Shown here: positions 48,726 to 61,115 of the stretch, piece after piece
How positions within the stretch are numbered: position 1 is the first letter of the stretch
Layout of the letters: each line of letters opens with the position of its first letter
Assembly (NCBI GenBank): GCA_965645245.1
Contig: OZ287080.1
Span: 1,550,001-1,614,000, forward strand
Origin: Massalongia carnosa
Taxonomy: Eukaryota
Direction: 5' to 3'
Length of the DNA: 64,000 bases
The notes under the pieces: model-generated
The model's input: the letters and a program-made list of their open reading frames with translations, nothing else
Told to the model about the DNA's origin: nothing
Database searches by the model: none
Translations under genes and position numbers: made by a program

Positions 48726-51308
48726 TTGATCCTTTTGGTTTTTTTGGGGGGTGGGGTCACGAAATGTGGTATATCGGGGCGCGTATGGTTAGATAACCAC
48801 CGTAGATTATATATATCCAGGCAGAATTCTGTACATGTCATGTCATCTTTCGATGCGACAATAGGACGATGATGGATTTTTTTTCGGGGAATTCAGCTAC
48901 TATGCTCTTGTGGAAAGAACGAAGGAAGAAAAGAAAAAAGAAAGTGTTATCGACGCTAAGGAGAATTCCAATAGCCGGGAGCTAGGAGAATTCTCTCTTC
49001 CTGTAGCAAGAAGAGCTTTTCAAAAGAAGAGGATTGGGGTTTAGGGCGGTAGGTGCCTACCTATGTATGTATGTAAATACGGATGTAGCTAGGAATGTAG
49101 GTAGTTGGGACGGTATGCGTAGTGACGGAGAAGGCTTGAGTAGAAGGATAATGGTTGGAAGAAACGGTGAGCAGATTCTGACATCCAGCGTTGGAGACAA
49201 AATAGGGGCTAATCGCAGCAACCGGGGGAGAAAGAGACCTAAAGTTCGAGATAATGAATACTGATTAACTAACTGTTAGATGATGTAGCGAACACAACTC
49301 CTGTAACTGCAAAGCCAGATGATGCTGATGTTTCTCTCATCGCCATCATGGGTGAGACGGAACCGATGTCAAGTTTAAGAGCAGCATAAACCTTTGCGTT
49401 CCCCGTGATAGAGCGCTAGTGATAGTCGGGAAAAACGTTGGCCTGGTCAAATGCCCTTGGCGCTGCATGGTGCTCGTTGATATGCTATTGCTGGTGATTT
49501 TTGGGGCGTGGGGGTGCAACAAATAGGTATGGCGAATGGGGAGGGTAGGGGGTTGTTCTAATATAAGTGGACGCCTGTTTTCGAGGCGGCTTGGGAGGTG
49601 GGTGCTGCTGGAGAGGAGTTGCTCAGTTAGCTAGTATTTTGACTGACTGACTGAATGATGGGAACAGGGGGTGGGGACAATACTGGTAGTGGTGAAGCTG
49701 AGATTGGTGGAGGACGACAGCGGAGTTGCTTAGGGGGTGCCGTACAGGTACCAGGTATCCGTTCGCGAGACTGATAAATCTCGTCGGTTGATTCAGCTTG
49801 GGCTATAGCCTAATCAACGGCTGCAAAGACCAGGGGCAAGTCTTCCAGTTTGGCCGAAATCTTGTCAATTCGATGGCATCGTGTTCCTTTGGGTATTTTG
49901 CGGCCGCACTTATCGTGAAGATAGACCCACAGAAGTGTTTCAGGCCAACCACCCACATGCCTGAAAATGGTCGGCTGGCCAAGTCTTCTAACAACCGAAA
50001 TTGTTGCGTTGACGCATGAGCAAGCTTTAGGTCAAGGTATGACTGAACTGCTTGGATGGGGTCAAGATGGCGTTTGGCGCACGCCTAAATGGTCGTACGG
50101 AAGAGTGGTTCAGGCTGTCTAACATGAACGGTTCGGGACTTGCGGGTGATTTCCTGATCAGAAGCGTAACGATGCTTCGAGTCCATGCTGTAAGTGCCGA
50201 TCTCTTCCTGGCGCTAAGGGGTTGGGGTAGCTTGGAGTAGCTCTGCGCTGATGTGCTTGATCTAGGAGCTCTGGAGAAGGGAGCTTTCGTTCATAAAAGG
50301 TGACGGTGACAGTGATGACGACGTCTACTTTGCGGGCTGACTTTCTCCCTGGAAGAGAGGTTGAAAATCCTGTCATTAGGGGAGAAGGTTGATGCTGAAG
50401 TACGCGGCATTATCAGCCATCAAGAAGGCCAGGAAAAAGGAGATAGAGTACTTACTACCAGACTCCTGTGAACAAACTATAATTTGATTCTTTCGGCTGA
50501 ACGATAGTGTCTCGTGGCGAAGAGCAGGATTTGTTGAGGATGAATACTGCGGTTCTCTTCAAGGAAGACAGGATATATCTAGATTTTCAGGTCACTTCTT
50601 CCGAAGAACAGCGAGCTGCTGCTGCATCTTTACTTACATCCAAAATGCAACATTAAAACATCAAATATCCTGCACAACATATATAGAATCGGAGAGTGAT
50701 GACTCGATCGACGCAATTGCTTGACGAAAGAAAAGCGAGATCCTGAGCAACGTGTGTTCGTTCATTACCTTATCCAACCAGCCAGCCTTTGATGCCTAAC
50801 TCGGCGAATATTTACCACGAGGCTTTTAGCTATACATTAGCCCAGCTGCCAGCAATCGCCGGATTTGCTTATGAAAGATGAACTGAAAGTAATAAAAAAT
50901 AGCGTAGACTACTATTTCCATATCCTCTCAAAGTCTCGCTCTCAAAGCAAAACAAGCATTGTATGGAATGAATGCTTTGTTTTTCTCCACCACGAACCAT
51001 AAACATTACCCTTCTTTCCAACCCTCTGATTAGTCGCTCGACGGCATCGGTCGATCTCCTACAGACAAGAAAGTGCTAACTTCGGATCCAACGCTATTAC
51101 AAGCTAAAAAGACCGTGAGAGAACAAAAAGACCCAAGCAAGCCCTAGCCTATTTGCCTCATTCCCATCCAAAACGCACCCCTAAATCCCATGTAACAAGT
51201 TTTTCCACCGCCCCCACCACTACCAGGAACTGTTCACCCAAACGGACCCATTGTGGAAGCGGGCACCCTCGCATTGCCGGGGAGGCTTGGTCCGTAACGT
51301 GCGGGCGC

Positions 51309-51798
51309 TCAGAGCACGATTTGGGCGTTGTTGAGGCAGACTTGAACGCTCTGTGTTTGTATCGTAAGTGCGAAGGCCAAGGGAAGGGAGGAAGGTGAAG
51401 GATCAAATATGGACGTACATTGTTCGCGTTGCAGCACACAGTTGTGCTGGAGCATTGAGAGCCGAGGCCTATTTTGGAGGGGGAAATTTGATTAGTAAGT
51501 CTCATAAATAAGAGGCCCAAGCACTCTTTGCCTATATGGGCCAGTTGGAAAGGAGGGGGGAATAGGAAAGAAAATCGGGTCGGGTCGGGTCCCTACTTAG
51601 GGCCTTGCAGGTCGTGAAAATGCCCTCATTGTCCGTGTTACAGCAATAAGGGGTGGCACCGTTCCCGCACTGATTGCTTTGGTTCACGGGAGACGGCTGC
51701 GGGGGCGAGGGGTGGGAGGGCTTCTCATGGGCAGTCGGGACGGAGACAGCGGCAGTTGCCATCATAGCAATAATGGCAAAGACACTGGTGAGCTGCAT
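51309..51798 (-). CDS. Hydrophobin, 97 aa, 3 exons
   Basis: Signal peptide; exons 51798-51597, 51468-51419 and 51350-51309 give C-X7-CC-X10-C-X8-C-X5-CC-X8-C. Confidence 0.85.
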
Positions 51799-52928
51799 CT
51801 TGGATGATTGGGTTTTAGAGCTTGGAGTTCTGATAGCGAGAGAAGAGGGTTTGGGTGCGGATTGGTAGTTGCTTTGAATGTTGGATTGGCAGATAGATGG
51901 AAGGCTGGGTGATGAGAAAGATGTGGGGATCTTGAAGATATTATATAGATTTCGGACTCCTCTCTTTCAGAGGCTGACTGCACTGTTGACCACTGTTAGC
52001 CACTGTTGACCACAGGGCAGAGACTCCAATAATGCTCTTGCTAACCCCGCAGAATATCTAAATCCCAATCGAGTAAGAAAACGAAAGCCAGCCTGATCTC
52101 CTTCCATCCATAGTGGCAAAAGACTAGTCATCAGCCGATAATGCATGCATTGGGAACAGGCTACGCCAGCATTTAGAGTCTAGAGCGCTACTACCAAGAG
52201 AAGCCACCGCCTCAATGGAAACGCATCCTTAACTCGGCGTTTCTCCGCAATATTGATTCGAAGGAGTTTGAGACATGGCCAAATCTGGAGTACTCGGCAG
52301 ACCAGCGCTGATTTGCTGTTCCGTGTTGGGAAGATTTGGATAGGCATTAGGGACATAGAGAGACTCAATGAACCATGGAGCTAACTTTCGATAAGGTAAG
52401 GGACCGTAAGAAAGAGCTTGGGACGTGAAAGCATGACGTCCAAATGTCGATCTACACAATCCAGAGACAGGCAAAACCAACAAAAAAACCGCGGCTAGAA
52501 CGGGAGATTTGAGCATGATTGTTACAAATCAATAATAGATGAAAGCGCCAAGTGACTAGAAGTCTGGGTTGACGACGACGACTACAGCTGTGTTGTCCAG
52601 ATCCAGGCTCAAACGATGAAGCGAAGGCAAAGCGATGCAACACGAGATGGAATGCATCGTTGTACAGAGTACGTAAGATACCTTCAGGACGCGATAACAA
52701 AAGGAGGGATCACTCAGAGGACAAGGTATCTGTGGTGCCGATTCACAGACGTGCCGAGTGGGTGCCAGAAACTTGTGCTCTAAGCGGAGAAAACAACTAA
52801 GGAAAAAGCAAGGACCAACTAGAGAACATGATATGTGATGAGTGGATGATGGCGCGACGCAATGGAACCTTCCTCATTCTTCATACCTAGAAACGCCACA
52901 TTCAAGGCGTCTCTGAGTACCTCGATGA

Positions 52929-53092
52929 CATGCATTGCATGATTGTCATAGTTAAGGCTGAAAAGCTTAGGAAGCCTGGTCACCCTTCAAATTCCTTCGT
53001 ACTCACGGGGCATGCATTGCATGATTGTCATAGTTAAGGCTGAAAAGCTTAGGAAGCCTGGTCACCCTTCAAATTCCTTCGTACTCACGGGG
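52929..53092. repeat. Perfect 82-bp tandem duplication
   Basis: 52929-53010 is identical to 53011-53092; each unit starts with CAT and another CAT follows. Confidence 0.95.
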
Positions 53093-53672
53093 CATCAATC
53101 GCCTCCAATTCTTTGATGTTGAAGTATCCGTATGTAGTACGGATACTTTGAAACTTCCTGGTAGTTCAGCATCCAACAAGACAGACAGAAAAACGGCAAA
53201 CTTCATTAATCGGGGACCGGATTGAGGGATGAAAAAGATGCAGTTACCATCAACGGCATTTCCCGTTCCAGGTTCCCCATTCCCCGTTCCCCGCAATGCT
53301 TCGCTCTGCTTATGGTTTAGTGATTATCCTCTTTGGGTTAGATAGACGCGTGGGATCCTAGCTCGGTAAGCCCCGTCAAGGGTTTCCCACCATTCATTAG
53401 ACTGAGACCGAGTTTGCCGGCAGGTCATACCATCTTCGGAGACCCAGATGATGATAGTCCCAGCACCCGTTTGATCTTGCCTCAGTACTTCAGACATGCG
53501 TGGCTCTACGAGCCGTCTAAGCCCTTCCGGGATAGCCTAATTTCGTTAAGCTTCTTCGGACTAGCGTTTTAACTGATTAACGTGGCTGCTATAGCACGTC
53601 TGAGCGCAAAACTCAATGATACGGTCAGCTATTCGTAATAAATCATGTATTATTGCGATTTTTCGACATTTT

Positions 53673-53761
53673 TGTAATGGTTCGACCATGCGTGGTCCGG
53701 ACGGCAGGACCGAACCACTAATTATAGTGGAGTAGATTGTTCAATGATAGAAATCTATTCA
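53673..53761. mobile_element. Short, deleted solo-LTR-like relative of the 55701 LTR
   Basis: TGTAATGGTTCGACCATGCGTGGTCCGGACGGCAGGACC matches the 55701 LTR start; shares TAGAAATCTATTCA; TG...CA flanked by ATTTT on both sides. Confidence 0.55.
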
Positions 53762-55700
53762 ATTTTGACGTCTTGTTTTTTGGTTTGCACGGGCTGTTTT
53801 CTCGAAAGCATTCGAAGAGAAGTTTTAAAGAAAGTCTCTTGAAATTCCAGTTCGTTGCAAAGTTCATGTAAAGGCAATCTGATTGCACTTCGCATAAAAA
53901 TCGAGAATCGATAAAATTAAGACTGAAATTTATGACGAAAAATCAAAAATATATTGATCATAATTATATCAAGCGACGACGACTTTACAGACTTGAAAAT
54001 AATGAAAATATGACATTATTCTACGAGTTCGAAATCGTCGTCGTCTTGATCGTAATCTTGATAGCCAGTCTGTTAACCCGAAGGGACGTTACGTTCTGTA
54101 AGGCTAGCCCAGTACGTCTGAGGTATTGAGTCAAGTTTGATCGGCGTCTTTCTGATCAGGGATAATGGAGCTACTAGCAAAATGCCTTCCTTTAAACACT
54201 TTAGCCTCTAGTCTTCCTATCGCATATTAGCCATGTGTCCCTTAAGCCCGGTGGTCCTATGCACCTCGACGATCATGGAACCAAAAGTTAGGAGCAGCGA
54301 TCTTACCATGCATAGGTATCGTGGTGAAATGGGAAATCCTGACGTCCGGATATAGAATTCGATGCGGTTCCGATACGGTTCCCTCGACACGATCACTGAG
54401 ACAAACAGTCTTAGGTATTGGCTGGCGGGTAACTAACTTCAACCTACTTTGAGAAGTCTGAGAGGCTTGACTACGCTCAAGCATATCAATAACAACGCAC
54501 CTTGACGAATCCCACTTATAATATTCCCTGGCAAAGAGACGCATGAGCAGGCTCGTCACCTACCAGGTGCTTTGAACTTATCGCTAACGCGATTCCCCAC
54601 GAGTTGAGCCCTGCTCGGCGACAAGATGCCAAGGCACTTGCCCGCCTTGTACTTCTGACAGTGCACAGGCGGTTACGTTAGTCGTCGCAGTCCTGGCTTT
54701 CATTTCAGAATATCGTTTTCAAACGTTGTGGTTAGAGATGTTTTCCGGGACTGGCGACTTCGTGCGATGATTAATCTGCTCCGGCCAAAGAAAGGGTTGA
54801 GAAAGGTTGGACGTCACAACCTAAAAGTTAATTCGCATGACTGGACCGACTTGACCGCACACACGGAATAGGAGGTGCAAACGCGCTAATCAGCACAGCG
54901 CGATTTCTGGCCCCAAAGGTTCTATCGTCGGCTTATGCATCCCTACTATGCCAGGTAATAAAAAATTGAGGCCATACTTTCCCTCAGTCAGTGGCTTCGA
55001 CATCATACCTCACAAAGGCCTTACCCCTAATGCACAGTTCCCAGCTGAAGCAAGCTTTCCATGCCGCTTCAATTCATTCGATCCAAAACTCTCAAAGGCT
55101 TCGGTAGCTGGCGTCGGCGCAGTTGGAAGAGAAGTATTACCCTCGCGGCGAGGCACAAGGGCATTGGGGTAGAGGTCTTAATCCCCACCCCGGTGGCCTG
55201 TGCGGGCTATTTATAGAAAGAAATATCCTATATATAGTATATTTCCTAGTTTCCAAGTCAAATTTTCAGATTTCCCCCCGAAACCCCACCCCGTTGCGCA
55301 AGCGTACGGGCCTCGCGCCTCGACTAGCAGGAATCAGAAGATCTCTTACATTAACGAATAAAACGTTGCATGGATTCGGTTGAGCAATCTTGAATCTGTG
55401 GAGTAAGCTGTTCAAACCCTAATTGCTCGGAAGGTTAGAGACGAATGTAACTCAATCTCCTTTGATTCATTTGCTGCTGCAATGATTACACCGCCTAGTG
55501 GTGTGTAACGAAAAGTTTTAGGGATTTAGCGAATGTTGTTAAGCTTTGATCGCGGGTTTATCTTTTCATGAAACATCGAGTGAGGAACCGGAGCGGTTTC
55601 CTAGGCCAGATCTAAATCAGCAAGGTATCTATCACTAGTTATTTGTTGTGGACACCAGAAGGTTTTTTTGCAGAATGAGAAGGGAATAATTAGTTCGTAT

Positions 55701-55870
55701 TGTAACGGTTCGACCAAGCGTGGTGCGGACGGCAGGACCTACAGCGAACATAGCAGGAGTCCCAGTTATAGTAGAATAGAGCTTGGTCTGCGGACTAAGT
55801 ATTGTGCCTTTTGGTCGGGACGACAGGTGGCGCAAGGGTAGAAATCTATTCACTATCTCGCTTCGTCACA
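55701..55870. mobile_element. Solo LTR, 170 bp, with 5-bp TSD
   Basis: TGTAACG...CGTCACA termini; CGTAT at 55696-55700 and 55871-55875. Confidence 0.85.
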
Positions 55871-57859
55871 CGTATAACTTAGCCAAGCGAATGAATCTGC
55901 AGTTTCTCTTTTCTTAGTTGCTTTTCGATTAAACTCGCCAACCGATGAGCCAAAAACCAAAAAAAAAACTTCTTCTACCATTATCGGGGCGGCTGGCATT
56001 TTCTACTTCTTTGCTGTTGCGTATTAATGGCTATAGTTAACGCGATAGTCCATAGTAAGACATATAAGATGAAGGTTAAATATTGGTATGTAGAGGAACC
56101 AAATTAGGCCGTACTCTGGCACTGATATAGATCTTAGAAAGTTAAAGACTAATGGATTTACAGATAGTATTGACTGCGGTGTTTTTATAGTGAGCTCATT
56201 GTCCAGACAAGTCGAACAAAGAACAGATAAGCCGAAATTTCACATACGCGCTGATTGCTACAGACATGGTATTAGAGATCATGAGTTGATGAGCAAAGTC
56301 CTCCTGATGATTTCGTCAACATGGGAGTGTATATATTTTGCACGCCGAGGATTAAAGGCGACGATGAATTAGCGGGATGCGCTGCATTTACTCTGATCCA
56401 CAAGCAAGACCGTTTTGGTAAACTAAGAGCTTTTGATCATAGATATTTTAGTGATATTTCCACCATTATTCTACAGCGGTCAATCCTTGATTCTGGTAAC
56501 ACATAAGTGAACTACTTAGTAGTTGAAGCACAGGGAGGTCTGTAGCCAACTTTGTCAATCCGATAGCGTGGAAAGGTTATTAACAGTGGTTTTAGACGTA
56601 CTAAAACGCTCGCATCCTCCAACATAACAGAATAAACCCAAACACCTACATCCAAAGCCACCCCTCGAGACCTCTTAGGCATCGCGCCGAGTACAAGGTG
56701 TATTTCACCGATTCATCTACTCTAGTATGTCAGTTTGAGCAGAGTATTTGAACTCAAGCCCAGGTCCATGTATTACCAAAGCAGAGTGATTGGAACATCG
56801 TGCTGAAGGAGATTTTCAAAACAGAGACTACTGCCTTAAAGCATAGATTGAGATCCAAGTCCTCTGATTCCGATCAGACATACCAAAGTGTAGAGATTAA
56901 GCCTTCTCCATTACTTGACATAGTCTGTATCGTCCTGCGCAAAAATCTCATGGATTTTATAATTGCAATAAAAGGTTATCTTCGGAACAAGCGGTTGGTA
57001 AAGCATCATATCCGTCACCAGCCTGGGCCTAGTTAAGCACCTTCTGGAATTCCACCTACATGAAGCTTTCTCAGTCATGCAGAAGCTTGCAAGACCTGCA
57101 AAATTTAGTACATTTCTGGCCTTGGAGGAGAATAGATTAAAAGTCTGGTGGAGACTTTGGTTATTTGTTGGTCATAGGCTGAAGGACAAAACCAGTAAAT
57201 TGATCTCTAACCATACCAAATTCATGTTCTTCTGGCCTAGCTCGCAAGAGGAACAGCAGAAGTATGGGAACAACAATTAAGCAAGTTTGAAAGTTGAGAT
57301 TATAGGTACCAGACTTTCCATGCAACATGAAGAGATACTCTATCTTGCTATGTAGTAGATTGTAGACTACGATTACTTAGCTAAGCCCTTTGGTACTCAA
57401 AATTAGGAATTCGCAGGCTATACTCATCGGAAAGTGGTTTCCACCTTGAAAACCTAGAAAGGAGATGAAGAAGCCTGAATTTATTTAAAAAGAAGAAGTC
57501 ACGCTTTTGTGATTAATTACTAATCTATTTAAGAAGATGCTTCCAGAACACCTCGACAATCGTGTGGACTAAATAAATTATTATACTGGAATTACACCCG
57601 TAGTCTTCTAGCCTCCTTCATATTTTCATTGCGATTCGGTTGTCAGCTAGACGGTGAAAATGTTATAGGGATGGTGCCCTCTGATGGATAGTAAGTACAT
57701 CATGTCTTCTCTATCACGTTTAGACTCATGAGGACTTTTCTTTGTTGTTCTGTTTTTTCTTACCAAGCCTTAAATAAAGCTTGCTTTCGCTTGGTCGCAT
57801 ATGTTCATACTAGTTGTTCCACAAACTGCTACTACATTTTGCAGCAGGGACTGAAGATT

Positions 57860-59860
57860 ATGGCTAATCGTGTTTAGTAATACTCGTAGTAGGCGACTCG
57901 ATTACTAGTTTCTTGACGCGATTACCAAGAAGAGTGCGATTTCCCTCTGGAAGCTACGGAAAATGTGTCATCCCTTTGTCTTTGGCTGCAGGCCGCTTAA
58001 TAACTTACAAGCAATTAGATTGTCGAGTGGCTTAAGATGGAGTTATTGATCTTCTCGGAACAGCAAAGTTGGAGGGCCTTAATGAATTTCTACAATGGAC
58101 CTTGGATAATATACCAAAGTGAGCCCAAACTCGAGTCTATCATACTACTGACGAGTTCTGAAAATGAACTATGTTGAGCTCACTTGTCATATTGTTGACG
58201 ACAGAGCCATAGGAGATGTAACAAATGTAACTGATTGTGTACATTTAAATTGAGATAGGACTAACTTTTCGATCACATGCAATAAAGAAAGTCCTAGAGA
58301 AGGAGTATAGTCTTCGCAAACCCCCACGGTGAGGCCAGTGATAATTGCTGATGACTTATACCATATTCTCTCCGTCCACTGGGTTTATGGCGATTCGACG
58401 TATCCTGACAAACGGCAGAGAATTCGGGTCGCTACAGCAATGCTCCTAGCTGTATTCGCTGGGTGCAGACCTTGCTTATTTCTTGACACAAGATTAAGAT
58501 TTGGAGACGATGTAGATAAGGTCTTGAGCAAGTAAGCCTGTCATATCAAGATTGATATCAGTCAGAGAGTGGTGACGGTGACCTGGAGATAATAGCTCTA
58601 AAGAGCAAGAGCGATGGGCAAGCCAATCTAGCTTATACGAGTCCGACCCTTAGACAGATGATGAAACTAAGGGTATTGACGCAACTACATACTATGACAG
58701 CGATGATGGTACCAAGGATGGCTACGATGCGGGTCCCTAAGAGACTAAGTTAGTTCTTTATAAACATAACAGCATCATCGATGCTTGCAACCCGACTCCA
58801 GGAATCCCAACATTATCTTTGCACACAAAGGGAAGAGAGTCGCCATTAAGAGCAGCAGCTGATTCATGAGCCCACCATAGCCTTGCAACAGACATCTAGG
58901 CATCTAGGAAAACTTTATTACTAAGGAATAGAACAATCAGTCTTTTATCTCCTTGACTATAACCCTGATCACAATTATAACTGAATACCAGCGATCGATG
59001 GTTTTAAAATGGGCCGGGAATGCATTCTTGCATTGCAGTCTACAGCGTATATACTCTTCTTCCGGCCAATCCACTCTCCTATCTTTTGCTAAGTTTGCTC
59101 AGCTCAAAGTAGATTCCCCTCAACAACCTTTGCTTATCTTTGCATTTATCATATAATGACCCTTGTTGACATGAAATCCAGCTAGTTCTACTCACCAACT
59201 TCGACAAAGGCATATCAACTCAGATTAGGCGGTTTACAGCTTCAAGCGCTCAAGCCTTATAGGGAGGTGGAGGCTTTACGGCTTGTTAAGCTGTCAGTCC
59301 AAGCTATGAACCGAGAAATACTTTCCAAAGCTTTAAAGCATATTTGCTCAGCGCCAGCAGACAACTAGAAACTGAACACATTCCAGTGCATCGCTTGAAA
59401 GCGAGTCGGCTTGTTGTCCACGGTCTAGTGCCAAGACGTTTAAGAGGTCTCCTTGGCATCTGGAAGGTTGGTGCTAGTTAAGAATCGTACATTAAACTAT
59501 CTGAGTGCCTGCTCAAATCCCCTGGGAAGATGGACAGTTGCGATAAGTTTATACAAAAGGTGGCCTTTATGTATATTTCGGCATACATTTTTTTAACTAA
59601 TAGTTTCCAAAGACAAAACCACCTGCAAATTATCGAGATTTTGTTCATCTCTTGTTAGTCTTCTTGCATCTTACACTGAGCTTGCTAAATACAAGTCCCT
59701 TGCAACTATATTGCAACTATATGGACCTCAGCTTTGAGCTCGATGCCATTCTGGGTCCCTTATGGGAAAGCGATATGTTGAAGTATATAGAAGGCCATCT
59801 TCTTACTTGCGCGTTATATACGCTTAGGACGAATCTGGGGTACGTTGTATGCATACTTTA
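57860..59860 (+). pseudogene. Decayed DUF3435 tyrosine recombinase (Starship captain-like)
   Basis: LNEFLQWTLDNY...SSLSYY*RVLKMNY; RPVIIADDLYHILSVHWVYGDSTYPDKRQRIRVATAMLLAVFAGCRP (catalytic Arg motif, 58458-58472); acidic linker; HTKG at 58822; many stops and frameshifts; 3' end approximate. Confidence 0.75.
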
Positions 59861-59918
59861 GATTACTGACAAACTTCCATCTGAACCGCCACATGTGCAT
59901 ACGTGGCTGTTTTGCCAT

Positions 59919-60680
59919 CTAACGGCAGAACAAAGTCGATTTTAAAGCATTCTCCGAAACAGTTACAGTCTTTGACCGATTTCTTGCCATTATGGATAAA
60001 GCCATAACTCTGATAGGCCTTGAAGCTCTTTCAACCTCCGATGCTAGCCCTCGGGGCATTTGCTCGAGATGTCCTTTGTATCGAGAGCGAAAGTCCTTCA
60101 TAACCTCCGCTCACACTTTTTGATGTGAGTTTTTTGAGGGCTGATCAGATATTCGCTGGCGACTTCGAGGTAGAAGAGATAATGTTGTTCACATCACCAT
60201 CTGAATTGCTGAATGAGCTCGAAATGGTAGAGCTTTGTCACACCTCCAGCTAAGCGATTACGATATAACCCTATTCACTGTATGTTAGCTCTGCCAGCTT
60301 CTTCAAAAATCGTAGCTGTCTTTTGTTCGTATCTCGTGTAGCCACCGGGTTGATCAGAACATTGCATTTCAAAGCATTGCCAAAATATTTCTAGGTTTGG
60401 CTTGTTCTGACCGGAGAAGCTGGTACTGCTCAATCGTACCGAACCGAACCGACTTCCCGGATGATTCTGTCAGCTCTGGAACCTCCAGAGCTTGATCATT
60501 TTGCTTCAGCACCAAGGTCTATGCTATGCTTCGTCTGGCTCTACTTTGGCTTCTTACTAGATTTCTATTCTTTCTGCTTGCTCTTCCTAGGGCTTGTCGT
60601 ACAAGCGCTTCTTGATACTGTCAACGGTCGCCTGCTTCGATTCCTGATCCTTTGGACCGCTTTATACTCTTGTTTGTAAT
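59919..60680 (-). pseudogene. Decayed Lys/Ser-rich hypothetical gene
   Basis: Long minus-strand frame interrupted by in-frame TAG/TGA stops (KQKE*KSSKKPK*SQ...RYD*AVP), followed by ORF 59919-60101. Confidence 0.3.
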
Positions 60681-61115
60681 GATGTTTGGAAAGACAGCTT
60701 ACATGATTGATTCTAGAGAACTCAACGTGCTCATCAACCTGATATACTTTCCTAGGTTATGATAAAGCATGACATCATGATGGAGCAATTGCATATGTAC
60801 AGACCCTGAAGTGTAACATTGCTAATGGACGCCATGGCTACTTTTGAGCAACGATCTTCACAATTAGATATACAAGTCCGATTGCGATTGTGACACCGTC
60901 AATAAAGAAAAACCTCAATTGCGTTTTAATTTGTTTGTCCCGAAACAAATTAACGTACTGTGTGAATATTCGTGATAGTAGCTTTCGAAACAACCCAGGT
61001 TTATCAAGTAGGATCTTGATAGTGAATTCGTTATCGCGGGTATTTGGAATGAAGAGAAAGGTCATTCTCCTGGAAGATAAGATCCGGAACGCTAATGCCA
61101 CCTTGTGCTCAAGAA

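Noticed and set aside
49700..50520. Possible spliced minus-strand gene (GTAAGT...CTAATGACAG near 50370-50455)
   Set aside because: No sustained frame or recognisable protein; evidence insufficient.
56000..57350. Possible decayed coding fragments upstream of the captain
   Set aside because: Could not be assigned to a strand or family by eye.
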